Assembly: GCA_039804105.1 (NCBI GenBank)
Contig: JBDRZU010000001.1
Coordinates: forward strand, 480,001 to 544,000
Direction: 5' to 3'
Length of the DNA stretch: 64,000 nt
Source: a candidate division WOR-3 bacterium
GTDB lineage: Bacteria; Hydrothermota; 32-111
The position numbers and the translations under genes are program-made. The notes beneath the pieces were generated by a model. It worked only from the letters and a program-made list of their open reading frames with translations, was not told where the DNA came from and made no database searches. Shown in pieces: positions 47,561 to 57,861 of this stretch (within the stretch, counting starts at the first letter, position 1; each line of letters opens with the position of its first letter).

Positions 47561-50500
47561 TTATCTTATTATATTTATTTTCTTGGTCTGAATACTATTA
47601 CCATCTTTTATCTTAACAAAATAAATCCCTGATGCATTTATTCCATTTAATATCACCTTATTAACCCCAGATTTTACTTCTCTTTTTACATTTATTATCT
47701 TGCTACCTCTTACATCATATACCATAATTTCTATCTCTCTTGCTTCAGTTGATATATAATTGACATATACATCTTCCCTCATTGAAAATAAATTCTTTGT
47801 TTTCATTTTTGTTTCGTCATCATTTACCTGTGTGAAAACTTTTATTTTATTTAATGCTGATATTATTCCCTCTCCTTCTGTTTCATATTGATAAACCAGA
47901 ACATCTGCAATTCTGTTTGGATTACCTCTCTTCCTGTCTATACTCACAACAACTTTATAATCCTCATATACCTCTTTTGGAAGCAATATTTCAGTTGTAT
48001 CTGGTTTATTTGCTTGTCCTGTTACCACTGCATATACTTCTCCATCTATCTGTATAACCTGTGACATTACCGGACTTCCCTCCGAAGTTATTACTTTTAT
48101 CGTATAATTCATCTCTGGATTTAGTCCATTTATAGTTGTATTCAATCTTTCTACTGGTATTCTTGATGATATATATTCATACAGCGGTGATATCGTTACC
48201 CTGTCTATCGTATCCTGTGGCTGAGATATCAAATATGGAATTATAGCCGGAGAATAATCCTTTATCAGCCATTTTATCCTGTAATTCCCATTGCTTCCCT
48301 CACTCCAGATATGATAACCTTTTATCTTTGTTGCAAATATTTGTTTTGTCTCAAACTCAGTTGAATGTATTGAATCTGCTCCCTTATATATACATATATC
48401 AGTTCCTCCATAATTTGTTATAAGTTTATTTTTATCACTAATATAATTTATTAGGATACCATTACTTGTTTTAGGATACTCATTCTTCCCTGTTGTTGTA
48501 TTTATTTTCACTGCACCTGCATCCAGTATTCCTTTTTTCAATCTTCTACTGTAAATATCATTTGTTCCGTCTGGATTGATTACTTCATAAGTAAATGTTG
48601 TTACCTCTCCATAGTAATCTGTTGTAGGTGCATTACAGATCTGGTTGGGATTATTTATAATTTTTCTACCCAGCCAAATTTTTAATTTTAAGTCCCATGT
48701 TTTAATAGCATATTCATTTAATGTATCTATAAATCCTATAAGATGTGAAACATATATACCATCATAGTACAATGAAAGTATAGGTGAATTCATTGGAATT
48801 TCATTACAAGATGTATCTCCTAAATATGAAACAACTGTATCGTAATAAATATCTTCTGTATTCAATTCATCCATACTCACCAATATGTAATCCCCTGCTT
48901 TACTCTGAAGATAACGATGATTTATATAGCCAAGATATGTTTTACCTATTGTGTAATTATATCCTAAAACTGGCTCACTCCACCATAATGTTGGAGACAC
49001 CATTGAATCCACTGGTGTCCAAGGACTCGTTCTAATTGTATAATAATATGAACTCGATCCTTTTCTCATTACCGATATCAATCCACTTGATGTCCTAGTT
49101 AATACAGGGTCTGTCCCTTCTCCTAATATCTCTAAATCCCATGTCTGTCCAAAATCTGTACTCTTACCAAATACAACACTATCTCCTGTTGTATACACCA
49201 TATTCATCTCATCTGTATTTGGCTTTCTGACTAAGTGCTCTTGATTGTTTTTGCCAAATGTTTCCGGTGTTTTGCTCCATAAATATACATCTATTGTTGA
49301 AATATATGGAACATAACCTACCCCATCTATAGTTAAATACAAAGGTCTGTTTGACTTTAAATATGCGGGGATGAACACTTGTCCAAATTTATTTGTTATT
49401 CCTTTAAAATAAAACCCATTAGGTTGACTATCTGTTAATAAAACTTCAAATCCAGAAATTCCTTTTATCGTATCAACTTCATCCAATACTCTAATATATA
49501 TTTTATTATCTTTTAAAACTGGGACATCTTTAGGTTTTAAAACATTTTTAAATATTTTATAATCAACTCTTAGTTCTTCTTTTTCTGTTATTATTTGTTC
49601 AGAACCATCTACCAATGGTATTTTCACTTCTGCCACTACATAAATTGGAAATGTATCCATTTTTAAAAGTTCGAAATTCACTTCTCCTGAATCATTAGGG
49701 ATTTTCTTATCACTTATCAAATCTCCCTTTCTATCTTCCAAATATATTATTGCATTACTATAAGATTCTTTATGACCATAATCCTTTGTCAGTGAAATCA
49801 GCAAATTAGTAGTATCTTCATATTTCAAAACATCTGGGGTAACAGTTAAATTGAATTTATATCCATCTTTTAAATGTTCAATTACCAGTAATCCATTTTT
49901 GTAAAATGCAGAATATATTATATTATTAACTGGAAATGTTCCTATTGCACCATAAGCAAAATTTTTGTCACCATAATTGCCAATTAACTTAATATTGGAA
50001 GGAGCTGAAACATCAAATATTATTAACCCAAAGGATTTTAACCCTATATAGGCTACTTTTTCTAAATCGTTTTTTACTACATAAACATTTCCTTCCTCTG
50101 GAACATCAATTGGATAATTATTATATTGTGTAACAATATAGGGACTATTAATATTTAATATATTCATTATTATAAAACCATTTAATTTATCTATCACATA
50201 AGCATAATCCCCTTCAACAAAAACATCCCAGGGTATACCTAGTTTAATACTTTTAACTATTGAGGGAAAAAATTTATTCGAAATATTAACTATATGTAAA
50301 TAACCAAGCTCATCTGCTAAATATGCATAATTACCTGCCACATGTAAACCATGCACACATACTCCATCTATACTTGATAATTTTTGATAATTATAATCAG
50401 TAATTTTATATATAATAAAATTTCTCTCTGTTCCCACATATGCATAATCAACATAATTATTTTCACTCTCATACTCTCGCACCACATAAACTTCTTTCAC

Positions 50501-50981
50501 ATGATCTGAAACAACACGGTATTTCAATGAAAGATCATAAGGATTAGATATATCCAAAACTATTAACCCACAATCATCCCATGCCACATAGGCATTGTTA
50601 CCCACCACTGTAATTTTCAATGCGTAAGATCCAGGTGATTCTTTTATTTTAAAACTATCTACAATAACCGGTTCAAAATAATTTGACACATTGGCCACTT
50701 TAACCCCACCAGCACCATCAGCAACATATGCAAATGAATCAACAACATAAACATCCTCTGCAAATCCTGTATCAAGCCAACCAATCCAAGTGCAATTCAA
50801 TGAATCTACTGAAGCTAGGGTTGAATAAGAGCCCTCACCAAAAACAATTAAACAACTAAAAATCAAGAGGAAAAAAATTCCTTTTCTAAACCAAATCACT
50901 GGTTTTGTAGAGAGAGAGAGAGAGAGAGTAAACTATTGGTCGGTTTACCTTTTTAATCCTTCTACACAATCTCTTTTTCAT
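47561..50981 (-). CDS. Large secreted modular protein (cassette 2, gene A) with N-terminal LVIVD repeats, frameshifted at a (CT)10 tract: putative phase-variable gene in OFF state
   Basis: AAGGAGGTAAA-ATG at 50981 is 82 nt upstream of and out of frame with the track GTG at 50899; (CT)11 or (CT)8 joins them. Body has Asp-box STDFGQTW and tail VYDVRGSKI...ASGIYFVKI...KKI.IIR. Confidence 0.8.
50909..50928. repeat. (AG)10 / (CT)10 dinucleotide microsatellite
   Basis: Directly visible; the only long dinucleotide repeat noticed in the window. Confidence 0.97.
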
Positions 50982-51023
50982 TTTACCTCCTTTTGGTTTT
51001 ATCAGCTTTTTGTTAACATAAAG

Positions 51024-51047
51024 AATAATTAAGTCAATAATTAAGTC
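51024..51047. repeat. 12-bp tandem duplication in the cassette 2 promoter region
   Basis: (AATAATTAAGTC)2 creates two TTGACT hexamers on the minus strand. Confidence 0.8.
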
Positions 51048-51195
51048 AAAAATATTGTATCTTTTTTTAATTACTGTGATTAATTTTTACTTTTATATTC
51101 AATCTCATTTTATATTCCTATAAAAATTTATTTTACTCCAGCAAAATTTTTTTGTCAAGTGGTCTGTTTAATTTACTTTTTACAATATTTAGGAA

Positions 51196-51220
51196 GGTGT
51201 TTGACTTTTTAACTTTTTTT
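51196..51220 (+). repeat. Cassette-end motif, copy 3 (right arm of inverted repeat around cassette 2)
   Basis: GGTGTTTGACTTTTTAACTTTTTTT versus reverse complement of 45376..45400 GGTGTTTGACTTTTTGACATTTTTT: 23/25 identical. Confidence 0.7.
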
Positions 51221-51272
51221 GGTTAACAAAAATTGTTTTTACTTTTTTCATTATTAAAGAAAATAAAAATTT

Positions 51273-52202
51273 TTAATTAAAAATTTTTCTATGAAAATGA
51301 CAATAAGGTTTCTTTTTGTTCTTTTCATAATAGTTTTGATGATACTCTTCAGCAACAAAAAATTTACTTACAGGTTTTAACTCTGTTGCAACTTTATAAC
51401 CTTTCAATTTTAAAGTTTCGATTATTTTTAAAGCAAAATTTTTTTCATTTTCATCGTTGTAAAATATCACAGATTTATATTGCTCACCAATATCGGGTCC
51501 CTGGCCATTTTCCTGTGAAAAATCATGTATTTCAAAAAAATATTTCACAAGTTCTTCAAAATTTGTTTTCGTGGTGTCATAGGTAACTTCAACAGTTTCA
51601 TAATGGCCTGTTTTGCCTGCGCACACCTGCTCATAAGATGGGTTTTCAAGAGTCCCTCCCATGTAACCTGAAACAGCATCAACAACACCTTCTTTTTTTT
51701 CAAAAAGGAACTCAACACCCCAAAAACATCCGCCTGCAAAATATGCTTTTTTCAAATTTTTGTCTGGCACAAAAACAAGTGATATCGAATTGACACAGTA
51801 TCTAACATTCTTTTCAGTAAAGCCCTCTCCTTCAAAGACATGTCCAAGATGTGCTCCACAGTTTGCACATTGAATTTCAATCCTGACTCCATCTTTATCA
51901 GGGACTCTTCTTATAGCACCCTCAATCTGATCATCAAAACTCGGCCAGCCACAGGTTGATCTGAATTTTGATTCTGATCTAAAAAGGGGAAAATTACACC
52001 TTTTACAGTGATATGTCCCCTTTTCAAAAAAATCGTTATATTCACCTGAAAAAGGTTTTTCTGTTCCCTTATGAACTATTACAAACTCCTCTTCAGGTGT
52101 TAATTTTCGAAAATTGTCTTCCTTTGCCATTTTCTCTTTTTTACATGAACAAAAAAGAAGAAAAAGAGTTAAAACGATAAGAAAAAAATTTTTTAGATTC
52201 AC
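51273..52202 (-). CDS. msrAB: Bifunctional methionine sulfoxide reductase MsrB-MsrA, probable lipoprotein
   Basis: MsrB: GTE.PF, C..C..PLF, GWPSF, C..C..HLGHVF, RYCVNS; MsrA: FAGGCFWG, GHYE.V, AE.YHQ.Y; N-terminal hydrophobic stretch ending LFCSC. Confidence 0.95.
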   Translation of the reverse strand: MNLKNFFLIVLTLFLLFCSCKKEKMAKEDNFRKLTPEEEFVIVHKGTEKPFSGEYNDFFEKGTYHCKRCNFPLFRSESKFRSTCGWPSFDDQIEGAIRRVPDKDGVRIEIQCANCGAHLGHVFEGEGFTEKNVRYCVNSISLVFVPDKNLKKAYFAGGCFWGVEFLFEKKEGVVDAVSGYMGGTLENPSYEQVCAGKTGHYETVEVTYDTTKTNFEELVKYFFEIHDFSQENGQGPDIGEQYKSVIFYNDENEKNFALKIIETLKLKGYKVATELKPVSKFFVAEEYHQNYYEKNKKKPYCHFHRKIFN

Positions 52203-52648
52203 TCTAAAATTATTTCAACTGGAGTTGAATTTAAAATGTTGTCAGATATCGGACATCTTGAATCAACTTCCTTTAAAAATTTCTCCTTTTCCTCTTTCGT
52301 CATATCACTATCAAAAGAAACTTTTACAGTGATCTTGAAAAATCCAGGTCTTTTATCTTTTGATTTCCCGAGAAGAATATCGGTATCGATATCACCACTC
52401 ACAACAACTTTCAAGTTCTTTATGTCCAACCTTTTTTGGTTTGCAACTATCCTTGCTATCGATGCGATACAACCACCCAAAGATACAAAAAGATATTCGA
52501 GTGGAGTTGGACCTTTATCAACTCCACCCATATTTTCTGGCTGGTCAACAAAAATTTTATGACCTCTTATTTCTGACTCTACTGTAAAATTTTCTTTTAA
52601 AAAACTTTCAACACAAACTTTTTTTATGTTAGCCAAATCAATCTCCAA
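52199..52648 (-). CDS. OsmC/Ohr family protein
   Basis: DQP...GG.D.GP.P.E....SLG.C and RCPISD. Confidence 0.9.
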   Translation of the reverse strand: MEIDLANIKKVCVESFLKENFTVESEIRGHKIFVDQPENMGGVDKGPTPLEYLFVSLGGCIASIARIVANQKRLDIKNLKVVVSGDIDTDILLGKSKDKRPGFFKITVKVSFDSDMTKEEKEKFLKEVDSRCPISDNILNSTPVEIILE

Positions 52649-53684
52649 GTTTACTTTTGGTTGATATTACATTCATCTTAAATGTTGCAGAAACCACATT
52701 CAGAACCGGTAAAACACCTTTATATATTTCAACCCTTCCATAAACCGTTGAATAGTATGGTGGTATCGTATCTGTAAACTGTGCTGTAACCTTCTGGATT
52801 GCTCCCTTTGTTCCAACACCGAGTTGATAGAACAGATCTTCAAGATCCTCAGCGACCTGTGCTTTTACAAAAATTCCACCTGTTGAATCAGCAAGCATCA
52901 TAAGATCTGGAGTATAAGCATAATCACCAAACGCAATATTTATAAGTGTAACATCCTTTGCCTTCGCTTCAGCGAGAACACTCTGTGCTGTTGAGTTCAA
53001 AAGATAACTATCATTATCTCCACCATCAGTTAAAGTCATCAAAACTCTGTTATATTCAGCACTGTTTATATCCCTTTCAAGTTTTCTACATCCAAGGACC
53101 ATCGCATCGTAAAGAGGTGTTGCACCTGAGTTGGCAAGTGAATCGAGAGCAGCGATAAGAAGATTTTTGTTTGTTCCAACTTCAACGAAATCCTGTAAAG
53201 TCCTGAAATAGTATAAAGTATCATAACCAACTGCAAAATCAAAAATTCCAACCATGGAATTTGGTCTGTCAGAGGCAAGATAATCTATCATTTTCGTCGC
53301 TGCATCCTTTCTGAGCCAATATGGATCTGAGGATGACATACTACCTGAACCATCAAAAAGCATCGCAAGTCCCATATCACCATCCTCAAAAACTATCTTT
53401 TGAAAATCTACAACTTTAACATCGAATCCTTTAGTTTTCGTTCCGTAATAATCAACAACAGAATCGATTATTATCTTAACATTTGAAGAGTTCAACTCAA
53501 CAGGATTTGAATCACCATCAAGAGCAAGAATGTTCAAAACGAATTTTCCATCAGTGTAAAATGTTGATAAAATGTAAGGTGTTCCAACAACCGAAACACT
53601 CTTTACAGGTTTTATAGCCACAAGTGAACAACCCAGCACAAACAATAAAAAGATGACCAGAATAAGAGATAAAATTCTCTTCAT
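52638..53684 (-). CDS. vWA-domain lipoprotein
   Basis: Lipobox VLGC; MIDAS DGSGS, TPLYDA, LTDG.DN. Confidence 0.85.
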   Translation of the reverse strand: MKRILSLILVIFLLFVLGCSLVAIKPVKSVSVVGTPYILSTFYTDGKFVLNILALDGDSNPVELNSSNVKIIIDSVVDYYGTKTKGFDVKVVDFQKIVFEDGDMGLAMLFDGSGSMSSSDPYWLRKDAATKMIDYLASDRPNSMVGIFDFAVGYDTLYYFRTLQDFVEVGTNKNLLIAALDSLANSGATPLYDAMVLGCRKLERDINSAEYNRVLMTLTDGGDNDSYLLNSTAQSVLAEAKAKDVTLINIAFGDYAYTPDLMMLADSTGGIFVKAQVAEDLEDLFYQLGVGTKGAIQKVTAQFTDTIPPYYSTVYGRVEIYKGVLPVLNVVSATFKMNVISTKSKLGD

Positions 53685-54148
53685 TTTTCCTCCTTTTTTG
53701 TATTAAGAACAATGAGTTCAACTTTTGCTTCTTTCAATATTTCTTCAGCATATTTATCAGGATAACCCTCATTTATTATAACCCTTCTGATACCTGCGTT
53801 TATTATCATCTTCGCACAGATAAAACATGGCTGGTTTGTAACATACATATCAGCACCTTCGATGTTGATACCAAGTTTTGCTGCCTGTATTATAGCGTTC
53901 TGTTCAGCATGAACCGCTCTTGAAAGTTCCATTCTTTCTCCTGAAGGAACATTCAATTTCTCTCTCAAACAACCACCGAGTTCATCACAATGTTTCACAC
54001 CTTTTGGTGGTCCATTGTATCCTGTGGAAAGGATGTGTCTATCTTTAACGATTATTGCACCAACTTTTCTTCTGAGACATGTTGCCCTTGAGGCAACAAG
54101 TTTTGTTATCTCCATGAAATATTCATCCCAGGAAGGTCTCTTATCCAT
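53681..54148 (-). CDS. dCMP deaminase / ComEB family
   Basis: [31 protein letters not shown]. Confidence 0.92.
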   Translation of the reverse strand: MDKRPSWDEYFMEITKLVASRATCLRRKVGAIIVKDRHILSTGYNGPPKGVKHCDELGGCLREKLNVPSGERMELSRAVHAEQNAIIQAAKLGINIEGADMYVTNQPCFICAKMIINAGIRRVIINEGYPDKYAEEILKEAKVELIVLNTKKEEK

Positions 54149-55034
54149 TTTTTTCCCCTATCACTTCTTCAATTATAACTTTTATAAATTCGTTTTCAAC
54201 ATTATTTTTCATTTCTTCAAGTTCCTCTTTTGAAAACTTTTGAAAATATTTCTTAACAATAGAATCAAGATAATAAAAATCTTTTGTCCTGAACTTTTTG
54301 TAAAATTTTTCGATCGTTCCAGATTCGATTTTTTTACCTGACAGAATTGCACTTTCAATATAGAGTGAGAATGTTGGAATATCGTTTATCTGTTTTAAAT
54401 CAAAGATCTTTTCGAGAGAATCAGAAAAAAAGTTTGAAATTATGATAGATAAACTTCTGTTTATCCTTAAATTCTTTTTTGAGATCAAATTCTCGAAAAT
54501 TTTTTTGTTTTTTAAAATCTCATCTCTGCAAAACGAATCCTTCAAACCAGCATCGTTTAGAGATTGTAACGCTTTTACTGAGATATAGTCATTATAGTTT
54601 TTATTTATAATTTCAAAAATTGTGTTAACTTTTTTTCTTTTTTCAAGAAAAGTTATATAGGTGTTTAACTCATAAAGTTTCACATCCTCAATTTTCAAAT
54701 CGTTATACAGTGTAAAACCAGGATCATCTTCAAAAATTTTCATAATAAAAATTCTATCAACCTTTCTTTCCTGAAGTCTTGTTAAAAGCGATTCTTTATC
54801 TTTAACTTTTTTAAGAACCCTTATCGAGATATTTTTAAAAAACCAATCAGAAGAGTTTAACTTCCCTATCATATAATCAACAGTTCTTTCGTTGTAATCC
54901 GATAAAAGTGTAGAATCGATTTGAATCTGCAATGAATCCTCAAAATAATCAAGTTTTTTTATCAACTCTTCAAAAGAAGGGAAAATTTTTATAGAAGAAA
55001 ATAAAAAAAGCAAAAATAAAATTTTATTCTTCAT
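54141..55034 (-). CDS. Hypothetical exported, helical (possibly HEAT-like) protein
   Basis: Signal peptide-like N-terminus; amphipathic helical pattern; coupled to neighbours. Confidence 0.5.
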   Translation of the reverse strand: MKNKILFLLFLFSSIKIFPSFEELIKKLDYFEDSLQIQIDSTLLSDYNERTVDYMIGKLNSSDWFFKNISIRVLKKVKDKESLLTRLQERKVDRIFIMKIFEDDPGFTLYNDLKIEDVKLYELNTYITFLEKRKKVNTIFEIINKNYNDYISVKALQSLNDAGLKDSFCRDEILKNKKIFENLISKKNLRINRSLSIIISNFFSDSLEKIFDLKQINDIPTFSLYIESAILSGKKIESGTIEKFYKKFRTKDFYYLDSIVKKYFQKFSKEELEEMKNNVENEFIKVIIEEVIGEKNG

Positions 55035-56607
55035 CTATCAACACTCCCATTTCAGATCTTACATCTGTTTTCTTATTTTTACCATTGTAAAAATCGTTAC
55101 CTTTTTTATCGAACAGAATACCGATCGAAAAAGTGTTCCTATCAGGATTCCCAAAACCCATACAATCCTGTTTTTTTGAAAAATAAAAATCATCACCTTC
55201 AAAATCTATCAAAATTCCATTGCCGTTAGCATTACCAGCTCCTATACTCAACCAGTCGGAATAGTAAATATCGTTCCCTTTATAATCGAACAGAAAACCC
55301 GATGAAAAATCGTGTCCACACCCAAGTGAAACTCCCCATGAATAATGTGCATCATCACCTTCTCTGTCGATCAAGACCCCCGTTGTGAAGTGGGTTCCTG
55401 CACCCTGGCTGTATCTTCTACTCGAATAGACATCGTTCCCGGTGCTATCGTACAAAAGCCCAAAAGCAAACCAATAGGAAGAACCCTGAACGAAATACTC
55501 CCCCTTGTAAAAATCGTTTCCCTCAAGATCCAGAATCACACCAACTCCGCCTGATGCGATATCTCTTATCCCAAATCCAAAACCCTGTGAAAGATGTGAG
55601 TGGTAATTTGTCTCTCGAAGATCTATACAGCCGTTTTGAACAAGATACACATCGTTTCCTGTTTTATCATATATAAACCCAATTCCTTTTGTAAAACCGA
55701 ATCCCTGCGAAAAACCTTCGGATATATAATTATCATTTCCTTCCTCATCAAAAATAAATCCAACACCAGCAAAACCAGCACCAATATTAGCAAAATCTGA
55801 TTTATAAATATCGTTACCCTTCATATCCCAGATAAAACCAACCCCAAAAACTCCAGTACCAATGTCAAAATTTTTTCCATAATATTTGTCATCTCCATCA
55901 ACATCGATTATCCCTCCAAGACCTTTGAACCCGGTTGCAAGACAACCTTCCTTTTTTGCTATGTATGTATCACTACCTCCCATATCAAAAATTAAAATAT
56001 TAGGTTTATCGATATAATAAAAATTATCCTCCTTTAAACTGTCGATGAGGATTTCCACTCCATTTCTTTTATAATTTTCTATATTCTTCTTAAAATAATC
56101 TAAAAGAATTTCAGGAGTGAATGAAAACAATCTCTCAACCTCTTTCAGCAAGATTTCTATATCGTTTTTTGAAAAATAAGAATCACAACTCTTCAAGAAC
56201 TTTTCAGCTTCAAGGTAATATATAGAATCGTTTATAACAGTATCATAAATAAAGGAAGGATACTCATAATAAAAAGAATTTGCTGAATATGAAAAATCTT
56301 TTTCAAATTTTTTATTTTTTTTTGAAAATTTTCCTTTGTCAACATAATCAAAAAGATTGAAAAACATTTTGTTCTCAATCAAAAACTTTAAATTTTCAGA
56401 ACATTCTTCACTTTTTTGAGGTTTTTTCAGTAAAAGATCGTTTATGAAAAAAATATAATTATCTCTTTTCAAATTTTCCAAAGGTATTGAAAGATTTTCT
56501 GTTTTCAACGAAAGGTAGGACAACGATGTTATTATCGATTTTTCGTTAGGAAACAAAAATTGAAAAAAAGTTGTTAAAAGAAGAAAAAAACTAATCCTTT
56601 TCATCAA
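55024..56607 (-). CDS. Exported protein with tandem G.G...D..G.D.Y repeats
   Basis: About 10 repeats such as GVGFIWDMKGNDIY, GIGFIYDKTGNDVY, GVLIDREGDDAH, with QG.G spacers. Confidence 0.7.
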   Translation of the reverse strand: MMKRISFFLLLTTFFQFLFPNEKSIITSLSYLSLKTENLSIPLENLKRDNYIFFINDLLLKKPQKSEECSENLKFLIENKMFFNLFDYVDKGKFSKKNKKFEKDFSYSANSFYYEYPSFIYDTVINDSIYYLEAEKFLKSCDSYFSKNDIEILLKEVERLFSFTPEILLDYFKKNIENYKRNGVEILIDSLKEDNFYYIDKPNILIFDMGGSDTYIAKKEGCLATGFKGLGGIIDVDGDDKYYGKNFDIGTGVFGVGFIWDMKGNDIYKSDFANIGAGFAGVGFIFDEEGNDNYISEGFSQGFGFTKGIGFIYDKTGNDVYLVQNGCIDLRETNYHSHLSQGFGFGIRDIASGGVGVILDLEGNDFYKGEYFVQGSSYWFAFGLLYDSTGNDVYSSRRYSQGAGTHFTTGVLIDREGDDAHYSWGVSLGCGHDFSSGFLFDYKGNDIYYSDWLSIGAGNANGNGILIDFEGDDFYFSKKQDCMGFGNPDRNTFSIGILFDKKGNDFYNGKNKKTDVRSEMGVLIDEE

Positions 56608-56845
56608 AAATCTCCTCTATTTTTTTTAGATCAGGTATTCCAATAAATTTTATTTCACCATCGATTATCGTCACTGGAATTACAGAAATCTCATATTTAT
56701 CCATAACTTCTGCACCTTCTTTTGTTGAAACATCTAAAATTTTAAGTTCAAATTTTTTACTTTTTTTTAACCGTAACCAGATCTCTTTCACTTCCTTAGA
56801 TTCTTTTGACCAGTTTCCAACAAGAAGAACGACCTTTTTCATCAA
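56591..56845 (-). CDS. Small thioredoxin/glutaredoxin-like protein lacking cysteines
   Basis: WSKES at the WCxxC position; Y.I..IP.TIIDG...F.G.P cis-Pro motif. Confidence 0.7.
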   Translation of the reverse strand: MMKKVVLLVGNWSKESKEVKEIWLRLKKSKKFELKILDVSTKEGAEVMDKYEISVIPVTIIDGEIKFIGIPDLKKIEEIFDEKD

Positions 56846-57861
56846 AACTCCATAGTGTTGACTATCGCCTTTAACTCCATCAGTTTGAAATATTTCCTTT
56901 CACCAGGATAAAAGATATGACCATCAATATACACAAGTTCTTTCCCTGTATTTATAAGATATGTGAAGAATGGTCCACCCAAATTTTCTTTATCGTTGGA
57001 ATAAACCCCCATCATGTAAAGTGCTTTGAAGCCTTTAAAATCAACTTCCTCTCTTTTCAATGGGACAAAAGATGTATCAATAAAATCACCATAATATTTT
57101 TCTTTCCCGATCTTATTTCTTGTTTTTATCATGAAATCAAAGTTAAAATTTTTTAACTCGTCTGTTTTTAGAATCGTAATAAACCTATCAGGATATCTGC
57201 CAACTATCGCATAAGAGTTAATATTCTTATCATAGAAAGATGTCTGAAAATCTGATGGAACTTTTAATTTTATTCCAAGTTTTTCATAAATCATAGAGGA
57301 TACTCTTTTATTTTCACCTGTGAAATAAACCATCATCTCAACAGATCTGTAGGAATTTTCAAGAAAGAATTTTTGAATTTTTTCTCTATTCTGTTTGATC
57401 GACTCTTTTATTAGATTTTCATCTGTTCCCGCTATTATAAGGATATTCTGTCCTTCAGCAAAACCATCAAAAACTCTAAAATAGGAAACTTTTTCTTTTT
57501 TAACAAGTTCAATATCATCTTTGTTTAAAAATTCATTTATTATTTTTGAATATTCATCGTTTCTGTTAATGTTTGTGATAAAAACAATGTTTTTGTTCTT
57601 CTTATGTATGTGAAGTTTTTCAAGAGATGAGTATACAGTATAAAATATCGATTCTTTTACTGGAAGATCTATCTGAATGTATAAAGCATCAAGCAACTCT
57701 TTTTCAACATTTGCATAAACCGGTTCACTCGCTGCGATAACAATCTCTTCAACTTTTCCTATAGCAAAATCTTTGATCCTTTTCTTTTTCTCACATGAGA
57801 AAGAAAAAATGGTCAGAATCACTAAAAAAAATAGAAACGAAAATTTAATCAACTTTTTCAT
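56842..57861 (-). CDS. DUF4837-like lipoprotein
   Basis: Lipobox FSFSC; G..EEIVI, F..GQ, G.Y......GGPF..Y, IDG.I.YP...K...L.EL.AI..T. Confidence 0.65.
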   Translation of the reverse strand: MKKLIKFSFLFFLVILTIFSFSCEKKKRIKDFAIGKVEEIVIAASEPVYANVEKELLDALYIQIDLPVKESIFYTVYSSLEKLHIHKKNKNIVFITNINRNDEYSKIINEFLNKDDIELVKKEKVSYFRVFDGFAEGQNILIIAGTDENLIKESIKQNREKIQKFFLENSYRSVEMMVYFTGENKRVSSMIYEKLGIKLKVPSDFQTSFYDKNINSYAIVGRYPDRFITILKTDELKNFNFDFMIKTRNKIGKEKYYGDFIDTSFVPLKREEVDFKGFKALYMMGVYSNDKENLGGPFFTYLINTGKELVYIDGHIFYPGERKYFKLMELKAIVNTMEF

